Shown: in pieces, positions 39,770 through 51,415 of the stretch | Numbering within the stretch: position 1 is the stretch's first letter | Layout of the letters: each line of letters opens with the position of its first letter | DNA from: Amphiscolops sp. MND2022 | Lineage: Eukaryota | Length of the DNA: 64,000 nt | Reading direction: 5' to 3' | NCBI GenBank assembly: GCA_964187785.1 | Contig: OZ076409.1 | Span: 6,512,001 to 6,576,000 of the forward strand | Notes under the pieces: model-generated | The model's database searches: none | Seen by the model: only the letters and a program-made list of their open reading frames with translations | What the model was told of the DNA's origin: nothing | Position numbers and translations under genes: made by a program

Positions 39770-40702
39770 GGTCGGGGAAACGGAAATCGGACTAATGGAA
39801 ACGAAATTGAACTAATGGAAATAGGACTAACATGCTCAAAATTTCTGAAAAGTTCATGTGAAACAGAACTAACTTCATATTTTCTCAAACAGGAATTAGA
39901 ACTAATTTAATACGGGAATTGGAACTAAAAACAGGAATTAGAACTAATTTGTTACGGGAATTGGAACTGAAAAAGTGGGAAGAAGAACTAAAATGCGGAA
40001 TGAGACCCAAGGGGAGAACGGAATAGTTTCTAAAGGAAGAATATCTAAAGTTTTTCAAAGTACAAAACGTGCCTTTGATATTTCCCCATTTCCTCTAGTG
40101 CCCCGCGGCCCCTTGGGGCCGCTTATTTTCTCATCTTCCTAAGCGAGGTCGAACAGGAGCAAAGACCTACCGGGAACGGAGATCGCGAAGAGAAGATGCC
40201 CCGAATTTAGAAGGAGACGATTCTGAAAATTTTGTGAGACAATTACGAAAGAAAAAATTTTATTCTTGAATGAAATGATTTGAGATCTGACACTTTTATT
40301 AAATCAATGGAAGGAAAAAAATAATGATTGTATCAATTTTATGTTGACCAATTGTATTACGTTACTTTAGTACTACTTTCATTGAGGTATAAGTGTCATT
40401 TCCTACTTTCATGTTCCACGTTACCAATTTGAATTTTGTGCCATGTTTTTTTCCGCTTCTGCGTTTTTTTGTTGTACCACTTTTATGTTGGATGTTTACG
40501 TTTGAACATGTCGTGATTTTGTCAATTTGATCTACGTAATTGCAAATTTTCCGTGCCAAAAGTTGTTTTTAGTCCTATTTCAATCACTCCTGTTTCCATT
40601 AGTTCTAAGGCGGCACTAAAAAAGAATTAGTTCTATTGTCATTAGTCCTATTTCAGTATTGAATATTAGTCCTATTTCATTAGTCCGAATTCCTGTCTCC
40701 CT
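39770..40702. repeat. TIR element with GGAATTRGAACTAA subterminal repeats
   Basis: GGGGAAACGGAAATCGGACTAATG versus CATTAGTCCGAATTCCTGTCTCCC. Confidence 0.55.
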
Positions 40703-41089
40703 ATGGGGTCATATACTGTGTATGCACGCTCACCCTCACCGTCGCAAAGACCAGCTCCCACTACGATCGCTTCGGGATCTCCGTTCCCGTTAGGTCTTGG
40801 CTCCTGTTCGAGCCCGCTTAGCAAGATGGGAACATATGCGGCCCCAAGTGGCCGCTCGGCATCAGAGGAAATGGGGCATATCCGACGGCCAGAACATTGT
40901 TTGACCATTTTAGATTTGCTATGACATCGACGCAATTACTTCAATAAGTCCGTCGATGATGGTAATTCGACGCCGCTAGTTATACGGTTCAAGTTCGACT
41001 TTAGTCGTGCGACTTTTTTGCTGGACACTGTCAGATATCAAGGAAAAGAAATTGCATCGACAAAAGCTATAAGTTTTTGTGCAGTTATG

Positions 41090-41330
41090 CTAGGGAAGGT
41101 CCACGTCAAAGGAAATTGTCATTGAAATAGGACTGTGATTTGATTTAACTGTGGATGACTCAAAGTCTTCGTCTATTTGGATATTTCCGATTAGGTCTGG
41201 AGCAGTAGTTAATACGATGTCTAGAAAACTGTATTTCGTCGTGTTGAAATTCACAACTTGAGCGAGTTCCAAAATTGCGGACTGATAAGGGTCCTCGCAA
41301 GTTTGACTGTTCATGCTATGTATTTGTAAC
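41090..41330 (-). mobile_element. LINE apurinic endonuclease C-terminal fragment
   Basis: Q.V...T....LDIVLT..PDLI...SNHSPI resembles the APE LDL..T and SDH motifs. Confidence 0.6.
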
Positions 41331-41502
41331 AATTTCAGCATTGTTACAAATACCAATATCAAATTTTCAATTGCCTGTCTTTGATTAACTGATCAAAGCT
41401 GACATGATTCTGTCTTTGTCATATTCCTGATACGAAAAAATTGGCTGAAATACAATCTTACGGAACTACTCGTTCTGCAAACTTTTTTGAGGCGAATGAA
41501 AT

Positions 41503-43806
41503 ATCTTCGATCACGTCTCATCTTTTCAATGCTAGTTAAACATGCTAGCCTAGGAATTTAACACTGACAATTTGACAATTCGTATTGTTTTCGTCTTGAA
41601 TGTATATGTGCACCTGTATATGTGCATTCGCCTCACTTGCCTTCCTTCTGTGTCAATTCTATTGTACTATTTTCTTTGTTCTGGAATCAATGATAGAAAG
41701 TCATTTGTACTGCCACATCCCGAAGGTTAATTGATCTCTTCTTTTTAGTCGACGCTTTTCTAGTGAAAAGTGCCCGACACTTACAGTGGCTAGTTTTTTT
41801 TCGTCAGACTACAATCCCACTCTGATTGGGCCACTTTCCTCTTACAATCGAAACCATTAGGGTCGCCAATGGGCGCAAGTGGTCGTCGCGACCTGTTGAA
41901 CAAAAAAATGATTGAATTGCAAAAACTATCTGAAGTCGTTACGAAATTAGATGCCCACTATGGTTTCTTTTTGTTGAAGAACTGCTTTAGTCTACCTAAA
42001 CAACTATACTTTCTTCGTACAAGCCATTGCTTTGAAGAGGTGGACCTCCTACAGCAGTATGATTCCATTATCCGCAAATCATTGTCCAAAATCTGCAATG
42101 TGAATTTTGATGAAAGCAGCTATACTCAAGCGATTCTCCCAGTCTTCAAAGGGGGCATAGGCATTCCATCGGCTTCCCAGATTGCTCTTCCTGTTTTTTA
42201 GCTTCAGCAACGGGCGCCAAACGTGTTTTGTCGTGTATCCTCCACGAAGACTATGTTGATGCATCGTTTGAAAAGGCTCTGGATTTATGGTTGACGAGGG
42301 CGAACCTGACAGAAGCACCGTCGGACTCCATCCAAAAACATTGGACCTCTCCTCTGAGCGATGCTACTTTTGATCAACTTATTTTAGACCTTGATGCGGA
42401 AAATGTCAAAGGCTGAATGCTTATCAAGACCCCTTTGGTTCAGCTTGGCTGAATGTTGTACCAAGCAAAAATCTCGGTCTGAAGTTGACAGATCAGCAAC
42501 TGCGCATCTCCTTATCCCTCCGCCTGGGTTCGAAAATTTGCGAGAAACACACTTGCCGCTGTGGTAAACTTGTCGAAGAGCCCGGACATCATGGTCTTTC
42601 CTGTGCCAGAAGCGCGGGACGTTTCTCGAGGCACCACAACCTCAATACAACCTCAACATCTTCGATCACGTCTCATCTTTTCAATGCTAGTTAAACATGC
42701 TAGCCTAGGAATTTAACACTGACAATTTGACAATTCGTATTGTTTTCGTCTTGAATGTATATGTGCACCTGTATATGTGCATTCGCCTCACTTGCCTTCC
42801 TTCTGTGTCAATTCTATTGTACTATTTTCTTTGTTCTGGAATCAATGATAGAAAGTCATTTGTACTGCAACATCCCGAAGGTTAATTGATCTCTTCTTTT
42901 TAGTCGACGCTTCTCTAGTGAAAAGTGCCCGACATTTACAGTGGCTAGTTTTTTATTCGTCAGACTACAATCCCACTCTGATTGGGCCACTTTTCTCTTA
43001 CAATCGAAACCATTAGGGTTGCCAATGGGCGCAAGTGGTCGTCGCGACCTCTTGAACAAAAAAATGATTGAATTGCAAAAACTATCTGAAGTCGTTACGA
43101 AATTAGATGCCCACTATGGTTTCTACTTGTTGAAGAACTGCTTTAGTCTACCTAAACTACTATACTTTCTTCGTACAAGCCATTGCTTTGAAGAGGTGGA
43201 CCTCCTACAGCAGTATGATTCCATTATCCGCAAATCATTGTCCAAAATCTGCAATGTGAATTTTGATGAAAGCAGCTATACTCAAGCGATTCTCCCAGTC
43301 TTCAAAGGGGGCATAGGCATTCCATTGGCTTCCCAGATTGCTCTTCCTGCTTTTTTAGCTTCAGCAACGGGCGCCAAACGTGTTTTGTCGTGTATCCTCC
43401 CCGAAGACTATGTTGATGCATCGTTTGAAAAGGCTCTGGATTTATGGTTGACGAGGGCGAACCTGACAGAAGCACCGTCGGACTCCATCCAAAAACATTG
43501 GACCTCTCCTCTGAGCGATGCTACTTTTGATCAACTTATTTTAGACCTTGATGCGGAAAATGTCAAAAGGCTGAATGCTTATCAAGACCCCTTTGGTTCA
43601 GCTTGGCTGAATGTTGTACCAAGCAAAAATCTCGGTCTGAAGTTGACAGATCAGCAACTGCGCATCTCCTTATCCCTCCGCCTGGGTTCGAAAATTTGCG
43701 AGAAACACACTTGCCGCTGTGGTAAACTTGTCGAAGAGCCCGGACATCATGGTCTTTCCTGTGCCAGAAGCGCGGGACGTTTCTCGAGGCACCACAACCT
43801 CAATAC
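41503..43806 (+). repeat. Tandem duplication, period about 1155 bp
   Basis: 41503-42648 and 42658-43806 are near-identical, with a 9-nt filler AACCTCAAC. Confidence 0.92.
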
Positions 43807-44563
43807 TCACGTGAAACAGGCGCTGAGTTCCATCAAAGTTCCCTCAATTTTGGAACTATATGGTCTGACCCGAACAGATGGAAAGCGCCCAGATGGAATT
43901 ACCCTAGCGCCCTGGGAGGAAGGCAAGCAATTAGTCTGGGATGTTACTTGTGTCGATCTTCTCGCCCCCAGTAGAATAGAGAACGGGTCTGTTGCCAACC
44001 CAGGCACAGCAGCGGAGGATGCAGAGGAATTGAAAACGGCTAACTACGTTTGTTTGACTGACAAAGGATACATCTTCCAACCATTAGCCTTTGAAATTCA
44101 GGGAGGAGTCGGACCTTCCACGTCTACCTTCTTGAAAAACCTCTGTAAAAAATTGTGCGTGTGCAATCAAGAAAATAGAGGGGTGGGCGGAAATAGGTCG
44201 AAGGAACGGGATCGAAAATCAGAGTTAGTCCTCAGGTCGTTATACCAAATTTTTTGAATGGGATCGAAACAACTCGGATCGAAATTTTTAAAACGTAGTC
44301 AGATATGTTCACATACCCCTAGTGCCCTAAATGCAGGAGCGAAGCGAAGCGGAGCGACGTGCCATTATGGCCATGCCTCACTTTTGCTACTTGGCGAAGG
44401 GAGCGAAGCGACCGAGCCATACAACAAACACGATAAAATTCGACCGCATTCCATTCGATCCCAGCAATTCGATCAAAAGGTTCGACCTCTGTCCTTTCGA
44501 CCAGAAAAATTCGACCTGTTTACAGCCACCCAAAATAGAGCTGGGTCGTTTTTCAGGCAGAGA
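43008..44563 (+). mobile_element. 5'-truncated CRE-like element (second family), RT thumb plus RLE domain
   Basis: PKLLYFLR, GGIGI, CRCG..HGLSC, RH, KRPDG, WDVTCVD; interrupted by a MITE at 44181, resuming as AGSFFRQR. Confidence 0.88.
44181..44531. mobile_element. MITE with 9-bp TSD (Mutator-like)
   Basis: TSD AAAATAGAG at 44172-44180 and 44532-44540; imperfect TIRs GGGTGG...AGGTCGAA. Confidence 0.85.
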
Positions 44564-45588
44564 CCACTTAAGCGAACTTTACTACTTGAAATCCGCGTTT
44601 TAATGTCCGTTTTGTTTCATTAGGAAATATATGTCTTCTTTGCTTCGTAATCGTTACCATTTCACATGCCTCTTTGAGTTTCTGAATTGAGATTTCTCCT
44701 GGGTCCATTGAACTCTCTGGTTGCATGATCCTTTCCTTATTTTCTTTTATGTTTCCTATGTTGGTTGGATTTTTTTGTCTGCCGCCCGGGCTGGGGGCAC
44801 ATGATGAATACAGAAGCGTTTTTTAGGAAACGCTGATTGATGACGACGATCCAATTCTGATTGAGTATCGAAACTACTAAAACTACTACCATAAGGCCAA
44901 GTCCGGTCAGCGGAAATTAGTGCAAAAGGGTCCCCCTTTTATATTTTACTATTTTACCGTAGCCTACAAAACCGGACGAGACCAAAGGGTCCCCCCTTCC
45001 GATTTTTTTTCGGCATTGTGCGACTTTTTTTCAAAAATTTTTTAATGTATCAAAAGAGTCCCCCTTTCGAGTTTTTTGATATTTTGCAACAGAATATATT
45101 TTATTAAAGCCCAAAGGGTCCCCCCTTTTACATTTTTCGGCACTATGCGGCATTTTCTGAAAGAAAACAATTCAAAAATTTCAAATTAAAAAAAAATTTT
45201 GCGCTTTTTGAGCCTTAGATATAGCGCCGACTTTAGACGTTCCCGTCTTGTTAGGTCTTTGTTCAGCTGTTTGATTTTCATTTGCTATCATATTCATTTT
45301 CACATATTTTTGTTGATTGATTACGCGAGAAAATAGAAAACTATGGCAGAAACTGCATGTGATTGTGAAGACTCGAAACTTCTAGAAATCCCCAAAAAAT
45401 GATCAAGAATGGAGAAATCCCTCAGTATACCTGGGAATACAAAACCACAAGATGCGTTCAAAAGCAATTGTTTTTTTTTCGATTGAAATCTGATTGATTT
45501 TCTGTTTAATTCGATTTAAAATAGCTTCGCACTTTTTAAGAAACCACGATATTTGAAGTTATGCATTTTAGAATTTTTTTCAGTTGAG

Positions 45589-45967
45589 ATGCATCTGTAC
45601 AACATAACGTTGCAGAGACCAACAGCTATAAATCATGCGGTCCATGGAAGTCTCTCCGGAACTAAGCAACAGGAGATCGCCGTGAGCAGAGGTAGAATTT
45701 TGGACATCTTGAAACCCGACCCTCAAACTGGAAAAGTTTACACATTGCTTTCTGTTGAAGTTTTTGGAATAATCAGATCTCTTAAAACATTCCGCTTGAC
45801 TGGAAGCACGAAAGATTATTTAGTTGTAGGATCAGACTCTGGAAGAATTGTTATCCTAGAGTATCATGGTGGAAAAAATATTCTTACAAGAGTTCATCAG
45901 GAGACATTCGGAAAGAGCGGATGCAGAAGAATTGTTCCTGGGCAATATTTGGCAATAGACCCCAAAG
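45589..45967 (+). CDS. SF3B3: Splicing factor 3B subunit 3, coding exon 1
   Basis: MHLYNITLQRPT...GSDSGRIVILEY...HQETFGKSGCRRIVPGQYLAIDPKG; GC donor. Confidence 0.95.
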
Positions 45968-47175
45968 GCAGGATTGGAAAATAATAATGGTGTCATATCA
46001 CAATTTCAATCACTGGAATAAAATGAGGTAATGATCAAAATGGTATAGTGATTCCAGAAAGTTCCCGATTAACCTGGCGAATTCCTCGTGCAAAATCTTT
46101 CAAACAGATCACTCAGTTTGAAGACTACTCTATAATCATAGATGTTCATTACACTTGCGATAAGCAAGTGTTATGGGAAAGTGCGGTTGCTTTTTTTTCC
46201 TGTGCGTCAACTCTCATTTCACGCGACAAGTCGCACATTTCACGCGCTCGTGGTCTAGTGGTAAGATGTTTGTTTTTCAACCCAGAGGTTTCGTGTTCGA
46301 ACCCGTGGGTATGCGCTCATTTTCTTTACAAGTATTCCAAAGCAGAAGGTTCTCACTTTTTTGGGCACTATGAGATTTTTCGGCTTTGTGCGACTTTTTC
46401 GAAATTTTTGAAATGTCCCCAAAGAGTCCTCCTTTCAATTTTTTTTTGATAATTTGCAACAGAACGAGTATTAAAAATCGCAAAGGGTCCCTTTTTCAGA
46501 ATTTTCGGCACTATGAGACTGTTCAAAATTCTCATTTTTTGTTTTCGAAAATTTTTTAAAGACTCCCTTCTCATTTTTTTTCAAAAATTTTTAATGTCTA
46601 CAGAGGGTCCACCCTTCTCTTTGTTTGATATCTTGCAACAGAACGAATGTTGAAAAATCTCAAAGGGTCCCTTTTCCAGATTTTTCGGCACTATGAGACT
46701 GTCATTTAAATCTCATTTTTTGTGTTTTTTCGAAATTTTTTTATTAAAGACTCCAAAGAGTCCCCCTTCAATTTTTTGAAATTTTGCAACAGTTTCCGGC
46801 ATTGTGACATTTTTCCAAAGGGATAATTTTCGTGTTAAAATTAGGTTTTCTCAGGTCCGGCACGCTATATCCGATTTCTGTTGTTTTAAAAGACAGGTGT
46901 TTTTTCTATGCGACTTTTTTAAAAAATTTGTTTCACCGAAGCCCCTCCTCAACTTTTGCCAGAAACGAAACGTTTTGCGAGAGTTAAGGACTCCTCAATC
47001 TTTTCGGCACTATGCGACTTACTGGAAACCATCAAAAATATTTTCGAAAAATTTTTTTCTCAATTTTTTGTTTTTTAAAGGTTTTTGAGAAAGATGGGTT
47101 TTTTGCTGTTTTCAGTTGGGGAAGAATGGTTTTCGAGACTTATGCGTATCCTTTCGGGTATTTTTTGGTGCTGTA

Positions 47176-50100
47176 TATTGTTAAATTGATGAAATTTTAA
47201 TGTCCTTTTACCCTTGGTTCTCCTTATGATATTACTCATTTGGTTTTCTTCAAAAGTTCGCAAGTGTTTGCGAAGCACGGCTTCGCCTCTGTGTTGAACA
47301 ATTTCCGTGACTAGGCATTCCGTGCATTCTAGGCAAAATGCGAAGATAAGTATCAGAATAACCAATCGAAAACCACGCATTTGCCACAATATCGTAGCAG
47401 TATGGCATTGGCATAGGAATGGATTGGAAAATGGGTACAAAAACACCGAACAGTGAGTTTGCACAAACAGTAAGATGATTTTTGAACAACTCGGGATGTA
47501 ATTCTTTAGTACCTTTCTGTAGATTGGCATCAAAGCAACCACTGATTTTGTTGATTAGTCTAGACGGATTGCTCAAATATCGGTGCTGTAGTGTAATTAT
47601 CAGCATGGCAGGTCTCAACTTGGAAGAATAGGTTTGAATCCTTTCAGCACTAAATCTTTGCCTTAGTGTCGTAGTGGGTAGCTGTAGCATCCAGCTGAGC
47701 TACCTGAAATGTTTCTTTTTTGAAAACGTTTCTTTTTGAATAACAGAAAAGACCTCAAACAATTGGTAGAATATGAAATAATAAACTTATTGTAAAGAAA
47801 TCGAAATTAATGGAGAAAGAGAGAGAACACTATATTATTGTAAGGGCGATAGCTGGCAGCTTACCATATAATAAGTCTAAATGACTTATGCAAGCATAAG
47901 TAGTTGTTTCCAATTTCACAAACAAATTTGAAAAAGAAACAAGCCGAGACCGGCCCAAGTCGGCGCCATATCCAAGGCTCAAAAATAGCAAAAAGACTTC
48001 CAAGTGTCAAGTATTCGTTTACAGTAGTCGAAAATCGAAAATTTTTCGATTTTTTTTTTGAAAAAATTACATACTAAAAAAATGGACCGAGTGGCGCGCC
48101 GGGGCTCGCTACTGCGAGCCCCTGGCGCGCTAACGTCTCACAATGCCGAAAAACTGAAAGGGGGACCCTTTGAGGTTTTTCAACATCCATTCTGTCGCAA
48201 AACATGAAAAAATTGAAGAAAAATTTTTTTTTCATTTTCGGGATAAAATCTCACAATGCCGAAAAAAACTGAAAGGAGGAACCCTTTGGGATTTTCCAAC
48301 ATCCATTCTGTCGCAAAACATCAAAAAAATGCAGGGGGGACCCTTTGAGGAAAAAAAATTTCGAAAAAAAAATCCGGAAAAAAATGTCTCGCAGTGCCGA
48401 AAAAAATTGAAAGGGGGGACTCTTTGGTCTCGCCCGGTATGATATGTTACGCGGAAAAACAGGTAAAACCATTTTGATTCAGTTCGCTAGGCCAAATGGT
48501 GCTATTTGACACCATAAAATTTTGTAGAACTTTTAAGAACTATTTTGGTCAGTTCGTGTGGATAGAAAAAAAAAGAGTCACTATAATAGTCGCGTTTCAC
48601 TTCATGAAGCGCCGACTAAAAAGACACCGGTTTATTTGAAGCGGAAATCACGCCAGGTACTAGCTACTTGGATAGGAACTGCATTTGACTCTTTTTCCAG
48701 ATGAATTTTCAATCGACTTTTGAATACATGTAGGCTCACACTTTGATCTCGCATATGTAGCGGTAGTGAGTTCCACTTCAGTGAAGTACAACGATGAGCA
48801 AGTATTGTTAAATTGATGAAATTTTAATGTCCTTTTACCCTTGGTTCTCCTTATGATATTACTCATTTGGTTTTCTTCAAAAGTTCGCAAGTGTTTGCGA
48901 AGCACGGCTTCGCCTCTGTGTTGAACAATTTCCGTGACTAGGCATTCCGTGCATTCTAGGCAAAATGCGAAGATAAGTATCAGAATAACCAATCGAAAAC
49001 CACGCATTTGCCACAATATCGTAGCAGTATGGCATTGGCATAGGAATGGATTGGAAAATGGGTACAAAAACACCGAACAGTGAGTTTGCACAAACAGTAA
49101 GATGATTTTTGAACAACTCGGGATGTAATTCTTTAGTACCTTTCTGTAGATTGGCATCAAAGCAACCACTGATTTTGTTGATTAGTCTAGACGGATTGCT
49201 CAAATATCGGTGCTGTAGTGTAATTATCAGCATGGCAGGTCTCAACTTGGAAGAATAGGTTTGAATCCTTTCAGCACTAAATCTTTGCCTTAGTGTCGTG
49301 TAGTGGGTAGCTGTAGCATCCAGCTGAGCTACCTGAAACGTTTCTTTTTTGAAAACGTTTCTTTTTGAATAACAGAAAAGACCTCAAACAATTGGTAGAA
49401 TATGAAATAATAAACTTATTGTAAAGAAATCGAAATTAATGGAGAAAGAGAGAGAACACTATATTATTGTAAGGGCGATAGCTGGCAGCTTACCATATAA
49501 TAAGTGTAAATGACTTATGCAAGCATAAGTAGTTGTTTCCAATTTCACAAACAAATTTGAAAAAGAAACAAGCCGAGACCGGCCCAAGTCGGCGCCATAT
49601 CCAAGGCTCAAAAATAGCAAAAAGACTTCCAAGTGTCAAGTATTCGTTTACAGTAGTCGAAAATCGAAAATTTTTCGAATTTTTTTTTGAAAAAATTACA
49701 TACTAAAAAAATGGACCGAGTGGCGCGCCGGGGCTCGCTACCGCGAGCCCCTGGCGCGCTAACGTCTCACAATGCCGAAAAACTGAAAGGGGGGACCCTT
49801 TGAGGTTTTTCAACATCCATTCTGTCGCAAAACATGAAAAAATTGAAGAAAAAATTTTTTTTCATTTTCGGGATAAAATCTCACAATGCCGAAAAAAACT
49901 GAAAGGAGGAACCCTTTGGGATTTTCCAACATCCATTCTGTCGCAAAACATCAAAAAAAATGCAGGGGGGACCCTTTGAGGAAAAAAAAATTCGAAAAAA
50001 AAATCCGAAAAAAAATGTCTCGCAGTGCCGAAAAAAATTGAAAGGGGGGACTCTTTCGTCTCGCCCGGTATGATATGTTACGCGGAAAAACAGGTAAAAC

Positions 50101-50433
50101 CATTTTGATTCAGTTCGCTAGGCCAAATGGTGCTATTTGACACCATAATATTTTGTAGAACTTTTAAGAACTATTTTGGTCAGTTCGTGTGGATAGAAAA
50201 AAAAAGAGTCACTATAATAGTCGCGTTTCACTTCATGAAGCGCCGACTAAAAAGACACCGGTTTATTTGAAGCGGAAATCACGCCAGGTACTAGCTACTT
50301 GGATAGGAACTGCATTTGACTCTTTTTCCAGATGAATTTTCAATCGACTTTTGAATACATGTAGGCTCACACTTTGATCTCGCATATGTAGCGGTAGTGA
50401 GTTCCACTTCAGTGAAGTACAACGATGAGCAAG
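47176..50433 (+). repeat. Tandem duplication, period about 1627 bp, inside SF3B3 intron 1
   Basis: 47176-48802 and 48803-50433 are near-identical; each carries a minus-strand Helentron-like copy (about 47938-48622 and 49567-50252). Confidence 0.93.
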
Positions 50434-50615
50434 AAGTTGAAACAGATGAAAAATTACCCATATAGATAACTTGATTCATAAAAACGATGAAAGAATTGTT
50501 AAAAATGAAACAGCAACTTTTGCCAATGATTATTTTCTTGCATAAGTTTTTCACCTGCATAATGTTTTGAAAAGATTGTATCGATTCCAATCCTGGTCGT
50601 CTAATTGGCGTGAAG

Positions 50616-50806
50616 GTCGTGCAATAATGGTGAGTGCAGTAGAAAAACAGAAGCTATGTTACATCATGAACAGAGACGCGGAAGCCAGACTTACCATCTC
50701 TTCTCCTTTGGAGGCCCACAAGGCCAATACTTACACGTACTACACCATAGGCGTCGATGTCGGCTTTGACAACCCTCTTTTCGCCTGTCTCGAAATGGAC
50801 TACGAG
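50616..50806 (+). CDS. SF3B3: SF3B3 coding exon 2
   Basis: RAIMVSAVEKQKLCYIMNRD...ISSPLEAHK...DVGFDNPLFACLEMDYE; AAG acceptor, GC donor. Confidence 0.92.
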
Positions 50807-51282
50807 GCACAGACCGCTTTTCGTTGCCCACTAATCAAATTGCTCAAAATTTAAGTGTTCTTGAGAAAATGAACCAGTACTTTCAAATGACAAAAGATGC
50901 TTGAAATTTCCCTGTTTTTCATGATCCAGGGCAAGATTTTACCGAAGATCTATTAGAAAGCGCCCAGTTTTTTGTCTTTATTTTCAACTTCATATTAACC
51001 AGTGATGTTGTCAAATCTTTTCAACAGAAAGAAGAAAATAGTTTTAAAAAAGTAAATACTAAAAAAATTGTTAAATAAATGGTTCAAATGAACATCACTG
51101 ATATTAAGCTATTTTTCCCCTATTGCAAAATCGATTGCAAATCAAAAGTTATTTCATTATCGGGTTTTCCTGAGTGATACCAAATTTGTCTGAGCTCCCA
51201 AAAAATTGAGTTTTAAAAAATCAAAGTGATGTTGGACATGAATTTTTGACGTTGCCCAGCGAAATTGCGTCTGTGGTTCAAG

Positions 51283-51415
51283 GAAACAGACTCAAGTGCC
51301 GCTGCCGAAGCTCCTTCGCAGTTCCTCACTTATTACGAGTTGGACCTGGGACTTAACCACGTGGTGAGGAAGTACAATGAAGCTTTGGACGATACTGCCA
51401 ACATGCTCATCGCAG
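51283..51415 (+). CDS. SF3B3: SF3B3 coding exon 3
   Basis: ETDSS...LTYYELDLGLNHVVRKY...NMLIA; AAG acceptor, GT donor. Confidence 0.9.

Noticed and set aside
40765..40885. HDV-like or hammerhead ribozyme
   Set aside because: TTCCTCT resembles L3, but P1/P2 pairing or a CUGAUGA-GAAA core could not be built.
46245..46312. Functional tRNA gene
   Set aside because: A and B boxes are present but acceptor and T stems do not pair convincingly; it is embedded in a repeat.
47075..49245. Duplicated 122-169 aa minus-strand ORFs in SF3B3 intron 1
   Set aside because: No recognisable motifs; they recur only because of the tandem duplication.
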